IMG/VR virus record: IMGVR_UViG_3300046359_000084
DNA length: 64,000 nt
Reading direction: 5' to 3' (one strand)
Source of the DNA: an uncultured virus (IMG/VR IMGVR_UViG_3300046359_000084)
Taxonomy: Duplodnaviria; Heunggongvirae; Uroviricota; Caudoviricetes; Schitoviridae
This document shows positions 31,785 through 41,746 of this stretch, one piece after another. Below the pieces are notes generated by a model. It saw only the letters and a program-made list of their open reading frames with translations, was not told where the DNA came from and did not search any database. The translations under genes and the position numbers were made by a program. Within the stretch, counting starts at the first letter, position 1, and every line of letters begins with the position of its first letter.

Positions 31785-32261
31785 TTATAGATTATTAACG
31801 TAGTGTACTAATGCTAAAGCATCAGCTTGATTATGATCATGTGGATAGAATCCTAATGTTTTAACAGCAGTAAGAACCATATCTTTGTTTGCTTTACCAC
31901 TTCCTGTAATATGTTTTTTAATAGTTAATGGGTTTACACCTATATAATTTATATTTTCTTGTTCACACCATGCTGTAAGGATTGCTAAATAACCCCCATA
32001 AGCATGAGCTACATGAGTAGAATTTGACATATTATGGTTTACAACGTGTTCATAATAAACCGTATCTACTTTATATTTTTCATGTACCTCATATAAAAAT
32101 TGTTGAAATGTTAAGAACTTTTTTCCTTTTGGATCATTTTTTGTACGGGATTTAACTTCGTTACCTAAATACACTGAACCAGAAGAAATAATATTTTTAT
32201 GGAATATTGCCCAACCTGTTTGTAATCCTAGATCAAGTGTTAATATTGTTTTATGATTCAT
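31785..32261 (-). CDS. ruvC: RuvC-like Holliday junction resolvase
   Basis: ILTLDLGLQTGWA, VYYEHV, IKKHITGSGKANK, DHNQADALAL. Confidence 0.88.
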   Translation of the reverse strand: MNHKTILTLDLGLQTGWAIFHKNIISSGSVYLGNEVKSRTKNDPKGKKFLTFQQFLYEVHEKYKVDTVYYEHVVNHNMSNSTHVAHAYGGYLAILTAWCEQENINYIGVNPLTIKKHITGSGKANKDMVLTAVKTLGFYPHDHNQADALALVHYVNNL

Positions 32262-32769
32262 CAGTTAAATACTCTTTTTTTAATAAATTAAATAATCTAT
32301 TTGTATCAAAACTTCTCCAACTATGATAACAATATACTTTAGCTTCACTTGAATAGTGATGTTTATTTTTTTGTAAATGTTCAGTTGCTTCTTGTTCAAA
32401 TAAAAACATATTTCTAAACACTTTTACTTTTTGTTCAGGATATATAACAATTTGGTCGCTATCATCATCAATAATGATATTGTCTGTAAATGAACTAATA
32501 TCGTCACGAATTTGAGTTACATTTTCAACTGTAATTATATGAGATTCATTTAATAATAATAAATTTTTAAATAATTCTGAAAGATCTTTTCCATAAGCTA
32601 AAGGATTATCTTTATATAATAAAACGTATCTATCAAAATGATGATTTTCACTATATACAGGATAATATACATAATCTTCTATACAAAAATATATTGGATA
32701 AGCAGTTGAAAAATTATTTTGTGTAAGATACTGTTTTACTAATTCTGTAAGTTCTGTTTTCTGCGTCAT
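32251..32769 (-). CDS. Hypothetical protein
   Basis: 172 aa; TAYPIYFCIE and EATEHLQKNKHHY...YCYHSWR resemble common phage hypothetical proteins. Confidence 0.55.
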   Translation of the reverse strand: MTQKTELTELVKQYLTQNNFSTAYPIYFCIEDYVYYPVYSENHHFDRYVLLYKDNPLAYGKDLSELFKNLLLLNESHIITVENVTQIRDDISSFTDNIIIDDDSDQIVIYPEQKVKVFRNMFLFEQEATEHLQKNKHHYSSEAKVYCYHSWRSFDTNRLFNLLKKEYLTDES

Positions 32770-32781
32770 AATTTTTCCTAT

Positions 32782-32817
32782 AAAAAAAAATAACCAATAA
32801 ATTAATTATTGGTTATT
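32782..32817 (-). terminator. Intrinsic terminator
   Basis: Stem AATAACCAATAA/TTATTGGTTATT with a T-run on the - strand. Confidence 0.7.
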
Positions 32818-32825
32818 GTATTTAA

Positions 32826-33158
32826 TTAAGATTGTTTAACATATTCTTGAAATTCTGTTAGTACAAAATTAAGAATTTCTGGTTTACATTCTTGATGTAC
32901 TGCTCTTAGTAGTACAGCTAACATATTTGGTAATACATCATTATCATCTGATTCTAATTTAATACCTACTCCACCATCTTTTCTATAGAATGAAGCAATT
33001 AATTCACCTTTAGATTCTTTATCTTCTGATTTAATATTTAACTCATCAATTAGTTTTTCTAATGGTTTAAGTAATTTATGAGCATTACTATCTTCAAATA
33101 CTTTGTTTAAAAATGTATCAATAAACATTTCCATTTCTTTTTTGTCATCTTTATCCAT
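32826..33158 (-). CDS. Hypothetical protein
   Basis: 110-aa ORF. Confidence 0.55.
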   Translation of the reverse strand: MDKDDKKEMEMFIDTFLNKVFEDSNAHKLLKPLEKLIDELNIKSEDKESKGELIASFYRKDGGVGIKLESDDNDVLPNMLAVLLRAVHQECKPEILNFVLTEFQEYVKQS

Positions 33159-33486
33159 TGAGTTCGCCTACTTCTGCTGCACGTTCATTTAAAATTTGTT
33201 GTAACTGTGCTTGTTTTTGTCTTTCTACTAATTCTGTCGCAACTAATTTAGTTACTTCAGGTATAGAGCTAAAGTTATCTCTTAATGCCATATAGACATT
33301 ACATAAGACGTGTGGATCAGATGTCCAAAATACAGTTTTATTTTCACCATCTGGTTCAACAAAAACTTCTAATAACTTTAATGCTTCAGAGCTAATGTTC
33401 TGAGCAACAAACTCCTCATCAGTCATATTATTTACTGATTCAGCAGTTTCTTCAATTTCATTAATTGGTTCAATAATATCAGTCAT
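33151..33486 (-). CDS. Hypothetical acidic protein
   Basis: 111-aa ORF coupled to the vWA gene. Confidence 0.55.
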   Translation of the reverse strand: MTDIIEPINEIEETAESVNNMTDEEFVAQNISSEALKLLEVFVEPDGENKTVFWTSDPHVLCNVYMALRDNFSSIPEVTKLVATELVERQKQAQLQQILNERAAEVGELNG

Positions 33487-34651
33487 TGTATTCTTTCGGG
33501 TTAATGGTTATAATTCTTCCATAAATAGGGAGTGTACTTGATTCGCAAGTATTGATCCAAACTATATCGGTATTCTTAGGTTTATTAGGAATAATGTCAA
33601 CTCCTAAATCTGTCATAATAATTGCACAGCTAGGACTGTGTTGATTAATATGATCTATTACTGGGTGTAAATCTGTACCTCCTCTACCTACAATTTCAAA
33701 TGTATCAAGTGATTCATTATCTTTAAATGTATATTCTTTTTGTATTTTTTCATCAAAACAAATAACATTCATTTCATTTGGATTTAAACTATTTTTAATA
33801 GAATTTAATTCAGCAAAAAATAATTTTATTTCATGATCAGTTATTGAACCAGAAGTATCAATATAGAAGTTTAATTTAGTAAGTTTTCTAAGTTTTTTTA
33901 ATCTAGGTAAGATAAAATTATTTATCTTTCTTGGTCGTCTATAACTATAATTACTTTTGTTAGATAGATCAGTTAAATAGTTTTTTAACAAATCTTTCCA
34001 GTTTAATTTTGGTTTAGTTCTATTGTTGATAAAAGTATCTATTTCATCAACAATATCATTACCTGGTTGTAACATTTTAATATTTAAAATAATTTCTTCT
34101 AAATCTAAGTCAGAATCATTAGGAATAATATCTTGTGGATCTTGATCATAGTCATCTATGTCTAAATCATCATATACTTGTTCAGTAGTCATACCTGTAT
34201 ATTTTGGTTCATAGATACCATCTTTAGGCATAAAAAATCCATATTGAACCAACAAGTTATTAATCACAATATCTGCTGCAATATTATATTTTCGTTGGTT
34301 CAAGTCTATGATTGATAAGCATCTAAATGCGTGCATTAATGCTATATGAAATAACTCATGTGCTAATAAGAATATTTTATATTCATTATTAAGAGTGATC
34401 CAGTAATCAGGATTAAACTTTATCCATTTACCGTTTGTTGCTGCTGTTGGTACATCATAAGAAAATATAAGTTCAGTGGAACATAATATTCCACCAAGTA
34501 ATCCCATATTTCTTTTAAACAGTAATTGTTTTTTAACTCGTTGAAGATCATTATTTAATTCATTAAAATTAATTGATATTGTTACATCATTATTATTTAT
34601 AGGAATTAAATCAGTCATTTGCAAACCTAATGTTAAACTGTTGAAACTCAA
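33479..34651 (-). CDS. Metallopeptidase-like/vWA domain protein (N4 gp25-like); start probably MTDLI at 34618
   Basis: PTAATNG, LAHELFH, IDTSGSI (MIDAS), GRGGTD, IMTD. Confidence 0.9.
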   Translation of the reverse strand: MSFNSLTLGLQMTDLIPINNNDVTISINFNELNNDLQRVKKQLLFKRNMGLLGGILCSTELIFSYDVPTAATNGKWIKFNPDYWITLNNEYKIFLLAHELFHIALMHAFRCLSIIDLNQRKYNIAADIVINNLLVQYGFFMPKDGIYEPKYTGMTTEQVYDDLDIDDYDQDPQDIIPNDSDLDLEEIILNIKMLQPGNDIVDEIDTFINNRTKPKLNWKDLLKNYLTDLSNKSNYSYRRPRKINNFILPRLKKLRKLTKLNFYIDTSGSITDHEIKLFFAELNSIKNSLNPNEMNVICFDEKIQKEYTFKDNESLDTFEIVGRGGTDLHPVIDHINQHSPSCAIIMTDLGVDIIPNKPKNTDIVWINTCESSTLPIYGRIITINPKEYND

Positions 34652-35624
34652 TATTATTTTTTAATATAGAAGGGTATTTAGCAATAAGTTTCTTACCAAA
34701 GATAACTTGAAACTCAGGATTAAATTTACTTATATATAATAAGATTGCTGATAAATGTTTTAATTCTATTGTTTCAGCAATATGTTGAATTGTAGCAAAG
34801 CATTTACCAAGATCTCCAGGGACAGGTAAATACGGATTATTAACAATTTCCTGTATTGTTGGTAGATCTTCAAAATATCTTAGAAACAACATAAAATCGT
34901 AAGAAATAGATTCTCCCACAACACCTTCAATTAAAGGTTTATGATTACTAAGATCTTTATATGCTTTGATAAGATGTGATAACATTGTCCAACTTCTTGG
35001 ACAGGCAAATGTTGTATCTTTACTTTCTGAATCAAACATATTTAACGCACTAGGTTTATACTGAATAAATGATATAATCCTACCATCAATATCATTCTCT
35101 GCTGCGTAGTTAATCCATTCTTTAGTGGTAAGCTCAAGTGTAAAATGAACCAAACGAGATTGTAATGATTTAGCCATAGGTATAACATAACAGTTATCTT
35201 CTTTACGATTACCACAAGCTACAATGTAACATTCTTCATGTAGTTTATGATTACCAATTAGTCTTATATCAATAATCTTTTGTGCAGCAATTTGTGTTCC
35301 ACCTTCTGTAGCACCAAACTCATCAAACAATATGATCCAACCAGAATAACCTTCTGGTATTGGATCACTTTCTAATGGAAATGTATCAAATGGTAAATAT
35401 GATGCTTTACCTGTATTTGTTTGAAATGGAATACCATGTAAGTCATGTGGTTCAATTTGTGATAGCCTTAAATCAATAAGTTTAAGATTAGCATCATTTG
35501 CTATTTCAGCAATTAATGCTGATTTAGATAGTCCAGGACTTGATACCATATAAGGTACAAGTTTATTCGCTAAGCAGTTGTTTATATACTTCTTTGCTTG
35601 TTCTCTTGATATTGATTGTGTCAT
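34611..35624 (-). CDS. MoxR-like AAA+ ATPase (N4 gp24-like)
   Basis: SSPGLSKS, LIDLRLSQ, LFDEF, ACGNR, FACPRSW; paired with the vWA gene. Confidence 0.9.
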   Translation of the reverse strand: MTQSISREQAKKYINNCLANKLVPYMVSSPGLSKSALIAEIANDANLKLIDLRLSQIEPHDLHGIPFQTNTGKASYLPFDTFPLESDPIPEGYSGWIILFDEFGATEGGTQIAAQKIIDIRLIGNHKLHEECYIVACGNRKEDNCYVIPMAKSLQSRLVHFTLELTTKEWINYAAENDIDGRIISFIQYKPSALNMFDSESKDTTFACPRSWTMLSHLIKAYKDLSNHKPLIEGVVGESISYDFMLFLRYFEDLPTIQEIVNNPYLPVPGDLGKCFATIQHIAETIELKHLSAILLYISKFNPEFQVIFGKKLIAKYPSILKNNIEFQQFNIRFAND

Positions 35625-35852
35625 TTTATTCTACTTCTATTGTTGTAAAACTTGTTTTAAAAGTTTTAGAATTTATAATTTTATGTTCTTGTTTAATTAA
35701 TATTTTAATACAATCACTATATTAATCTAAAGCAGAGTTTATATTAAAATTATTTTTTTCAAGTGCTTTCTTTCTTGCTGCTTTTAAAGATTTTGCTTTG
35801 ACTTCAATTACTTGTGAAGCCAAGCAAATTAATTCTATTTGATAAATACTCA

Positions 35853-36131
35853 TTAAGCTAATTTTCTAATTGGAGTTATTTGAATATTATTATATTTACT
35901 AAATGTTGAAGCAACAACAGTTACATCAATTAATGTAAGTTTATTTCTTAAACAAAATATCTTTGCTAATACAGGTAATGTATCAACCATTTTTAATGTA
36001 AGTCTTGTAATATTAGAATGTGATGTTGTTGCTTCAAATGATTTTTTTACAGTGTCGTAATAAAAATCTTGAACAGATCCAGTCTTAGAATTATAAGCTG
36101 AAAGCATAATTTTTCTGTATTGGTTAGACAT
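35853..36131 (-). CDS. Hypothetical protein
   Basis: 92 aa with AGGA RBS. Confidence 0.55.
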   Translation of the reverse strand: MSNQYRKIMLSAYNSKTGSVQDFYYDTVKKSFEATTSHSNITRLTLKMVDTLPVLAKIFCLRNKLTLIDVTVVASTFSKYNNIQITPIRKLA

Positions 36132-36190
36132 AATATTTTTCCTATATTTGTGTAATAATTAAAAATGGTTAATAAAACCAAAAACAAAAA

Positions 36191-36814
36191 CTAATCTATA
36201 GCGTATTTGTTCATAAACTCTTCAAATTGTAATTTTAATTGTTTAACATCTTGAACCAAAGAATCTTGTATTGCTGGTTCAGCATAAATAAGTTCTTCTT
36301 TGTTACAATATAATATTACACTTAAAATAGGTAATGTTTTTGTGTATAAAGACTTTTGTTTACCATCATATAATCTATCAACTAATTCAGTAATAGGTGA
36401 CATATTAAATTGTTTTTGGTATTCAACAACAAAATCGTGAAAAAACTGTAATTTAGTTAATTGACATTTTTCAATACGTTTTTGAATTACTTTTACATTT
36501 AATTTTGTAATAGGTTTATCATCTGTTGGTTCAATAAATAAAATATAATCTTTATTTTGAATTATTAAATCAGCTACAGCACATTGTAAAGTTATTGCTA
36601 ATATTTGTAGAGTACCTTCATACATTTTTTGTTGTACACCAAAGTAAATTTCTCTTGTCCAAGTAGGATAATTAAATGTACTACCTGTTATAAGTTTATA
36701 ACAATTTTTAAATTTTCTTGTAAAAGTATTGAGAGTGTAATTTAATTCTTTAAGTCTTGTAGCTATAAACTTATGGTTTAAATGATGTAATTTATTTTTC
36801 ATTATGATAACCAC
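36191..36814 (-). CDS. Protein with two tandem XRE/Cro-like domains
   Basis: Internal repeat LNHKFI...IYFGVQQKMYEGTLQILAITLQCAVADLI and LNVKVI...LYDGKQKSLYTKTLPILSVILYCNKEELI. Confidence 0.55.
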   Translation of the reverse strand: MVIIMKNKLHHLNHKFIATRLKELNYTLNTFTRKFKNCYKLITGSTFNYPTWTREIYFGVQQKMYEGTLQILAITLQCAVADLIIQNKDYILFIEPTDDKPITKLNVKVIQKRIEKCQLTKLQFFHDFVVEYQKQFNMSPITELVDRLYDGKQKSLYTKTLPILSVILYCNKEELIYAEPAIQDSLVQDVKQLKLQFEEFMNKYAID

Positions 36815-37230
36815 TTTCTTAATGTTGTTTTAATTTTCTGAACTAAAGATAATTTACTGTAATAATAGTTATCAACTAATGTTTCAATTTCTGCTATAGA
36901 AATTGGATATTCATGTTTACCAATTAGGTATTGATCTACACACCATTCTTTTGTTTTAAGTAATTCTTGTACATTAAAACGTGTTTCATAAAATAATTTA
37001 CCTAACAGATATGAAGTAAATTCTGATAAATATTGACTTTCACCTCTATAAATTGTTCTAACGTGTTTAATATTTTTTGTATAATTATTATTAATTGCTT
37101 TATTTAGTTGTTTATATTTTTCAATAAACTCTTGCTCTGTTAATCCTGATGTTTTTATTAAGAATTTTAATATCTTTGTATTAACTGGATATAATTTTTT
37201 ATTTCTATTTGTTGTCATTATCTTTTCCAC
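36802..37230 (-). CDS. Protein with one XRE/Cro-like domain, likely paralog of its neighbour
   Basis: VNTKIL...SGLTEQEF...IYRGESQYLSEFTSYLLGKLF...VQELL. Confidence 0.5.
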   Translation of the reverse strand: MEKIMTTNRNKKLYPVNTKILKFLIKTSGLTEQEFIEKYKQLNKAINNNYTKNIKHVRTIYRGESQYLSEFTSYLLGKLFYETRFNVQELLKTKEWCVDQYLIGKHEYPISIAEIETLVDNYYYSKLSLVQKIKTTLRKWLS

Positions 37231-37299
37231 TTATTTAATTATTGATTAATGTTTTTAATTCACTTATATTGTTAAAGGTTAATATTTTTCCTATGAACC

Positions 37300-37334
37300 A
37301 ATGAACCAAGAATATAAAACATTCTTGGTTCATT
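37300..37334. repeat. Perfect 14-bp inverted repeat containing TGAACCA/TGGTTCA
   Basis: AATGAACCAAGAAT-ATAAAAC-ATTCTTGGTTCATT. Confidence 0.9.
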
Positions 37335-37495
37335 TATTTTATATCTTTCTTGTTTTAATAAATTATTTATCACACATAGTAATCTATATTTGTATTATAT
37401 ATCGTGTTTTATTTAATGTAATATTTTTACAATACAATTTTGTACATTGTTTACTGTATTCATTGTACTCATTGTTATTCATTTGAATTAAAACT

Positions 37496-37735
37496 TCAAA
37501 ATGTGCTAAACGCTACTTCTGATAGATCAGTTTTATTATTTAAGTTTTTATCTATATAAAAACTTATAATCATTTTATTAAAACTACTAATAAAATGTAA
37601 ATGTATAATTGTAAGAGAATCTTGTATATCCTCTTCTTTATTTATTGGTTCATGGCTATAGCCTAATTTTAAAAACATTTGAATTAAGTAAGCTATTGCT
37701 TCTTCTTTTGTATATAATTCTGGCATATTATTCAT
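37496..37735 (-). CDS. Hypothetical protein
   Basis: 79 aa with GGAGG RBS. Confidence 0.55.
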   Translation of the reverse strand: MNNMPELYTKEEAIAYLIQMFLKLGYSHEPINKEEDIQDSLTIIHLHFISSFNKMIISFYIDKNLNNKTDLSEVAFSTF

Positions 37736-38135
37736 TTCCTCCAGTTGGTAGTTCTCTTAATTTATCAATAACATATTTTGCCGATTCATCAGCAAGCCGT
37801 AAAGCCATTTGCAATCCTCCTATGTAAGCATTATCAGCGGTTATACCTACCAAAGAATCCTCTAGTTTTTTTACAAGTTCAGCTTCTATAGTGTCCTTAA
37901 AGGCAATATAGAAATCAATTATTTCTTGTTTCTGTGGTTCAGGTGCAGGGGTTGCAAGTTCATCAATTAAATTTTCTAAATCTACAAGTGAAAAGGTTTG
38001 GTGATATTCTGAAACAGATTTCCCAAATTTTGGCTCTAATCTAAATTTTTTCTCTGCTAGTAGATACAACGCACTAGCGTCAATCATTTTCTTAGTCATT
38101 TTGTTTCCTTTACTATTTTTGTAAAAAATATTCAC
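37728..38135 (-). CDS. Hypothetical protein (start probably MTKKM at 38099)
   Basis: AAGGA RBS before the internal ATG. Confidence 0.55.
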   Translation of the reverse strand: MNIFYKNSKGNKMTKKMIDASALYLLAEKKFRLEPKFGKSVSEYHQTFSLVDLENLIDELATPAPEPQKQEIIDFYIAFKDTIEAELVKKLEDSLVGITADNAYIGGLQMALRLADESAKYVIDKLRELPTGGNE

Positions 38136-38171
38136 ATATAATGAAAAAAATAATACATACTAAAATTATAA

Positions 38172-38396
38172 TTATTTCTTGATATAAAATTGTTTTAATT
38201 CCCCTATTTCAATAATTCTATACATTCCTGATGTAAACAAACATACTGGTATTGTTATAATAAACATTTTATAGTGAATTAAATTCATACCGATTAATAA
38301 ACTTATTGTTCCTGCAACAGTAATTATAAATCCTGTTAATGCTATATAAAAAAACATAAAATAAATAAAATATTTATACATATTAATTACTCCCAA
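38172..38396 (-). CDS. Small membrane protein
   Basis: Two hydrophobic segments. Confidence 0.5.
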   Translation of the reverse strand: MGVINMYKYFIYFMFFYIALTGFIITVAGTISLLIGMNLIHYKMFIITIPVCLFTSGMYRIIEIGELKQFYIKK

Positions 38397-38677
38397 CTAT
38401 GTTTTAAACAGTACCCAATGTGCATATCTAACTTATCTAATACTTTTAATGATTGATCTTTAATCATATTTTTTAATGTCCAATCTTTACTATAAGACTG
38501 TAACATAACTTCTTTATTGACCCAGTAATTATGCTCAATATATAATTCCTGAGTATTATAATCTGTATCTTTAACTTTAAATTTTAACTCTTTTCTCTGC
38601 ATTAATAGCTCTGTAACTATTGACCTATTTGTTTGTATTTCTCGTTGTATTATTGATTTAGTAATTGTTGGTATCAT
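38387..38677 (-). CDS. Hypothetical protein
   Basis: 96 aa with AAGGA RBS. Confidence 0.55.
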   Translation of the reverse strand: MIPTITKSIIQREIQTNRSIVTELLMQRKELKFKVKDTDYNTQELYIEHNYWVNKEVMLQSYSKDWTLKNMIKDQSLKVLDKLDMHIGYCLKHSWE

Positions 38678-38691
38678 ATTATTTTCCTTTA

Positions 38692-38859
38692 TTAAAATTT
38701 AAATAGTTCATACATTAGTGCCACATATATTGAAAAACCAAGTCCTATACATAAAGCTTTAACATGATTATTTATATTAGCTGTACTTACATAATCTATA
38801 GATACTATAAGACCATATATTAATATAAATGTTGTGAATGTTTTTAAAAATATTATCAT
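38692..38859 (-). CDS. Small membrane protein (55 aa, not in ORF track)
   Basis: Hand translation MIIFLKTFTTFILIYGLIVSIDYV...LCIGLGFSIYVALMYELFKF; fills an intergenic gap. Confidence 0.4.
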   Translation of the reverse strand: MIIFLKTFTTFILIYGLIVSIDYVSTANINNHVKALCIGLGFSIYVALMYELFKF

Positions 38860-38874
38860 TGTTTATTAACTTTT

Positions 38875-39357
38875 TTAATTAATTTTTTGTTTATAATGTT
38901 TTTCGTGTTTTTTTAAAATTTCAATTCTTTCTTCTGTTGTTAATTTTGGATTACGAATTATTACCATTAATTTTTCGTGATGCGTTAAATCTAATATTTC
39001 AAAAGGTAACCCTAAATTAAATAATTCTACTTGATGTTTACCTACTATAATTTCAACATAAGTTGAATTATTTTCATGTTTTAATTTTTTAATTAAAGCA
39101 TAACCTTTTTGTTTTAATCCAGATTTAGCATTTACTAATGAACTCAAAGATAAATTACATTCTTGGGCTAAATTAGCATCTGTAAAATAATCTGGAGATG
39201 GTTTTAATAATTGACTATCATATAAAACAAAATAAAGTTTTAATTCTGATATGGATAAATTATTGGTTAAAGCTATAAATTCTTGGCTTCGTATTGCTAA
39301 ATTAGTCATAGATACTCTCTGTATTTGAAAAATTACTCGTCTGTCTATATATGCCAT
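38875..39357 (-). CDS. Winged-helix HTH protein resembling replication-initiator N-termini
   Basis: LSISELKLYFVL...TDANLAQECNLSLSSLVNAKSGLKQKGY. Confidence 0.6.
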   Translation of the reverse strand: MAYIDRRVIFQIQRVSMTNLAIRSQEFIALTNNLSISELKLYFVLYDSQLLKPSPDYFTDANLAQECNLSLSSLVNAKSGLKQKGYALIKKLKHENNSTYVEIIVGKHQVELFNLGLPFEILDLTHHEKLMVIIRNPKLTTEERIEILKKHEKHYKQKIN

Positions 39358-39574
39358 GTTTTACCTTTGTAAATGTGTTTAAAACATTATACAAAAATCT
39401 TGTAAAATAGCTACTAATTTTCTATAAATATTGTAATTTATTTTTCTAAGATTTTTATATTTTTAGGTACTTTTTTATAAGATTTACTATGTTTTATACC
39501 CTTTTTTTATAAGATTTTAGGAAGAATTTTACACAGATTATCAATAATATCAATGCTTTATTGCTAATTTCTCT

Positions 39575-39605
<31 letters not shown>

Positions 39606-39661
39606 GGTTATATAATTTTACTATCTTGGTTCAAAAAATTATCTTTGTTCATTACATAATG

Positions 39662-39988
39662 TTAAAGTTTATTCAACAAACGTAATGGTTTTTTTCTTTC
39701 TATATAGTCATTCAATAATGTTTTAAATTCTTCAAGATATTTAATTTCATCTTCTTCAATATAAGGAAATTTATCTATGTTTTCTTCAATAAATATGTTA
39801 TCATCTGTTGGTTCAAATAAATCATTTTGTTGTACTGAATCATGTTTTTGTTTACAATGTAAAGCTTCTTTATAAGTTTCACACTGTGAAATTCTAAAAA
39901 CCAATCCATTACGTTTTTCAAAAACAGAAAACCAAGTTGTATAGTGTTCTTGTATAAATTTTTCTATTATAGGTATTTTTCTAAACAT
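39662..39988 (-). CDS. Hypothetical protein
   Basis: 108-aa ORF. Confidence 0.5.
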   Translation of the reverse strand: MFRKIPIIEKFIQEHYTTWFSVFEKRNGLVFRISQCETYKEALHCKQKHDSVQQNDLFEPTDDNIFIEENIDKFPYIEEDEIKYLEEFKTLLNDYIERKKPLRLLNKL

Positions 39989-40015
39989 AACTATTTACTT
40001 ATTCTTTATAAAATT

Positions 40016-40051
40016 AAAAACCAAACACACAACAATATGTATGTTTGATTT
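40016..40051 (-). terminator. Intrinsic terminator after RNAP II subunit 2
   Basis: On the - strand AAATCAAACATACA...TGTGTGTTTGGTTTTT, a stem with G-U pairs and a T tail. Confidence 0.55.
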
Positions 40052-40058
40052 AAAGTTA

Positions 40059-41249
40059 CTAACTTAACGCATATTCAGAATTTCTAATATCATTAGAAAT
40101 ATTTTCAATCTTATCAACAGCAATTTTACTATTACCTGTTAATGTTCTAGCAATATACTGTAAAATATTACTTGTACTAATTTCAGCCATAATATTATTA
40201 TATTGTTGCCTAACATCATTACCATAGTTAGGTAAACATTTGAACGCATCGTGAATCACTAACATTTCAAATGGTTCACTAGGTAAAGACTCAATTATTG
40301 ATCTTAACTGAACCATATCAATTAAATTAAGATTATACTCATCAATGTATTCTAAGATCTCTAAGCTATAAAACTTAGTTTCTTTTTGTAACATTAATAA
40401 GTTATTCAGTTTAACATCTTTGGTTCTTTCTCTACCATCATGTTCTTTTGGTGATAGAGTTAAGATATTTAATAATTGATCTTCATTGTAATTACATCTC
40501 CGAACCATCTCTCTAACAATGAAAGCATCAGTCGAATGACAAACATTGGCAGTAAGAGATCTGTAATTATTAGAGTATTTATTTTCTTCAACAATGATTT
40601 TATGTTGTTGGTTCAAGAATGTAAATTGTTTCTCTACCTTTTCTTTAACAGGGATATAAACATGGAATCCATCTGGCATAATCCATTCGTGAACCAATGT
40701 TTTATTATTCCAAAGAGTTTCTATTGATTTGTTTAGTAAATATGCTCCAGGTAAATCTGATTCAAGTGTTTGATAGAATTGATCCAACAACTCACCTTTA
40801 CCGAATATTCTTTGGGGTTGTGCTGTAGAGCTATAAAATGCTGTCATTATAGCTTCTTTTACATCTTTACGTTCTAACCTATCATCTTTAACAACTTTGT
40901 TATAAATGTTGGTATAAGCATCTTGTCTGTTGGTTGATATTAACCCACACACTTCTGCTGATTTTCTACAACCCATAAATGCTGATAATATTTGTATTCC
41001 TGACGAGCATGAATCTTGTGATATAAGATAACCTGACGGAGATCCATTTAAATAGTCATTATAGGCTTGTAAACCACATAGGTATAGGTTTGGTTCATCT
41101 GCTTGGTTATTAAGCTCAGAAAGGTTATTTTTATTGTTTTCAAACCATTCAAGTCTGACTTCAAAGTTTTGTTTTTCTAAATCTTTAGAGAAGTTATTTG
41201 CTATGTCGATAGCTAAATACTGTAAACCTGTGTACTTTGTAATTGTCAT
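40059..41249 (-). CDS. RNA polymerase II subunit 2 (N4 gp16-like, T7-type catalytic half)
   Basis: YLAIDIANNF, QDSCSSGIQ (A), RKDVKEAIMTAFYSS (B), ANVCHSTDA, VIHDAF (C). Confidence 0.95.
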   Translation of the reverse strand: MTITKYTGLQYLAIDIANNFSKDLEKQNFEVRLEWFENNKNNLSELNNQADEPNLYLCGLQAYNDYLNGSPSGYLISQDSCSSGIQILSAFMGCRKSAEVCGLISTNRQDAYTNIYNKVVKDDRLERKDVKEAIMTAFYSSTAQPQRIFGKGELLDQFYQTLESDLPGAYLLNKSIETLWNNKTLVHEWIMPDGFHVYIPVKEKVEKQFTFLNQQHKIIVEENKYSNNYRSLTANVCHSTDAFIVREMVRRCNYNEDQLLNILTLSPKEHDGRERTKDVKLNNLLMLQKETKFYSLEILEYIDEYNLNLIDMVQLRSIIESLPSEPFEMLVIHDAFKCLPNYGNDVRQQYNNIMAEISTSNILQYIARTLTGNSKIAVDKIENISNDIRNSEYALS

Positions 41250-41275
41250 AATACTTTTCCTATTATTGAATTTAT

Positions 41276-41533
41276 TTAGTCTGTAGCTTGTAATAGTTCT
41301 CTGATTTTATCATCAGATAATTTATGTTTATTTGTTAGTAAGTGTTCCTTTAGCATTGATATTTTTACAGGATAGGTTAGATCAATATTTGTTTTATGAT
41401 CCAAGACTTGAAATGGTATGTTATTCCATACTAATGAATATATGTAATTGTAGTTTATAAATCCTTTTTTCTTTATATATAATCTTCTAAAGTTTGAATA
41501 TCTATAAATTGTTATCATTATCTTTTTTTCCAA
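41276..41533 (-). CDS. Hypothetical protein, weakly resembling the PhaR N-terminal DNA-binding domain
   Basis: TIYRYSNFRRLY...FQVLDHKTNIDLT resembles the IKKY.NRRLY...F.V.D.KTG.D.T pattern. Confidence 0.45.
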   Translation of the reverse strand: MEKKIMITIYRYSNFRRLYIKKKGFINYNYIYSLVWNNIPFQVLDHKTNIDLTYPVKISMLKEHLLTNKHKLSDDKIRELLQATD

Positions 41534-41732
41534 ATATTCTAATTAATTTTGTTGGATTTGTGGCTTCTACTAAATGCCTACAATTTAAACATTTTATTGA
41601 ACCAAAGAAAAAAGGTACTTTATTTTTTGAGAGTCCAGATCTATATCTTATATATAATTTATCTGTTTTACATTTAGGACATTCTTTTAAATTAGTTTTT
41701 TTAAATCTTTTTACAGATATTTGTTTTGCCAT
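41502..41732 (-). CDS. Zinc-ribbon protein (Lar-like)
   Basis: LKECPKC...IKCLNC. Confidence 0.5.
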   Translation of the reverse strand: MAKQISVKRFKKTNLKECPKCKTDKLYIRYRSGLSKNKVPFFFGSIKCLNCRHLVEATNPTKLIRIFGKKDNDNNL

Positions 41733-41746
41733 ATTATATATCTTTA

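Noticed and set aside
35625..35853. Possible frameshifted small gene (43-aa MSIYQIELIC... followed by a short open stretch in another frame)
   Set aside because: Changing the A7 run does not join the frames and there is no homology support
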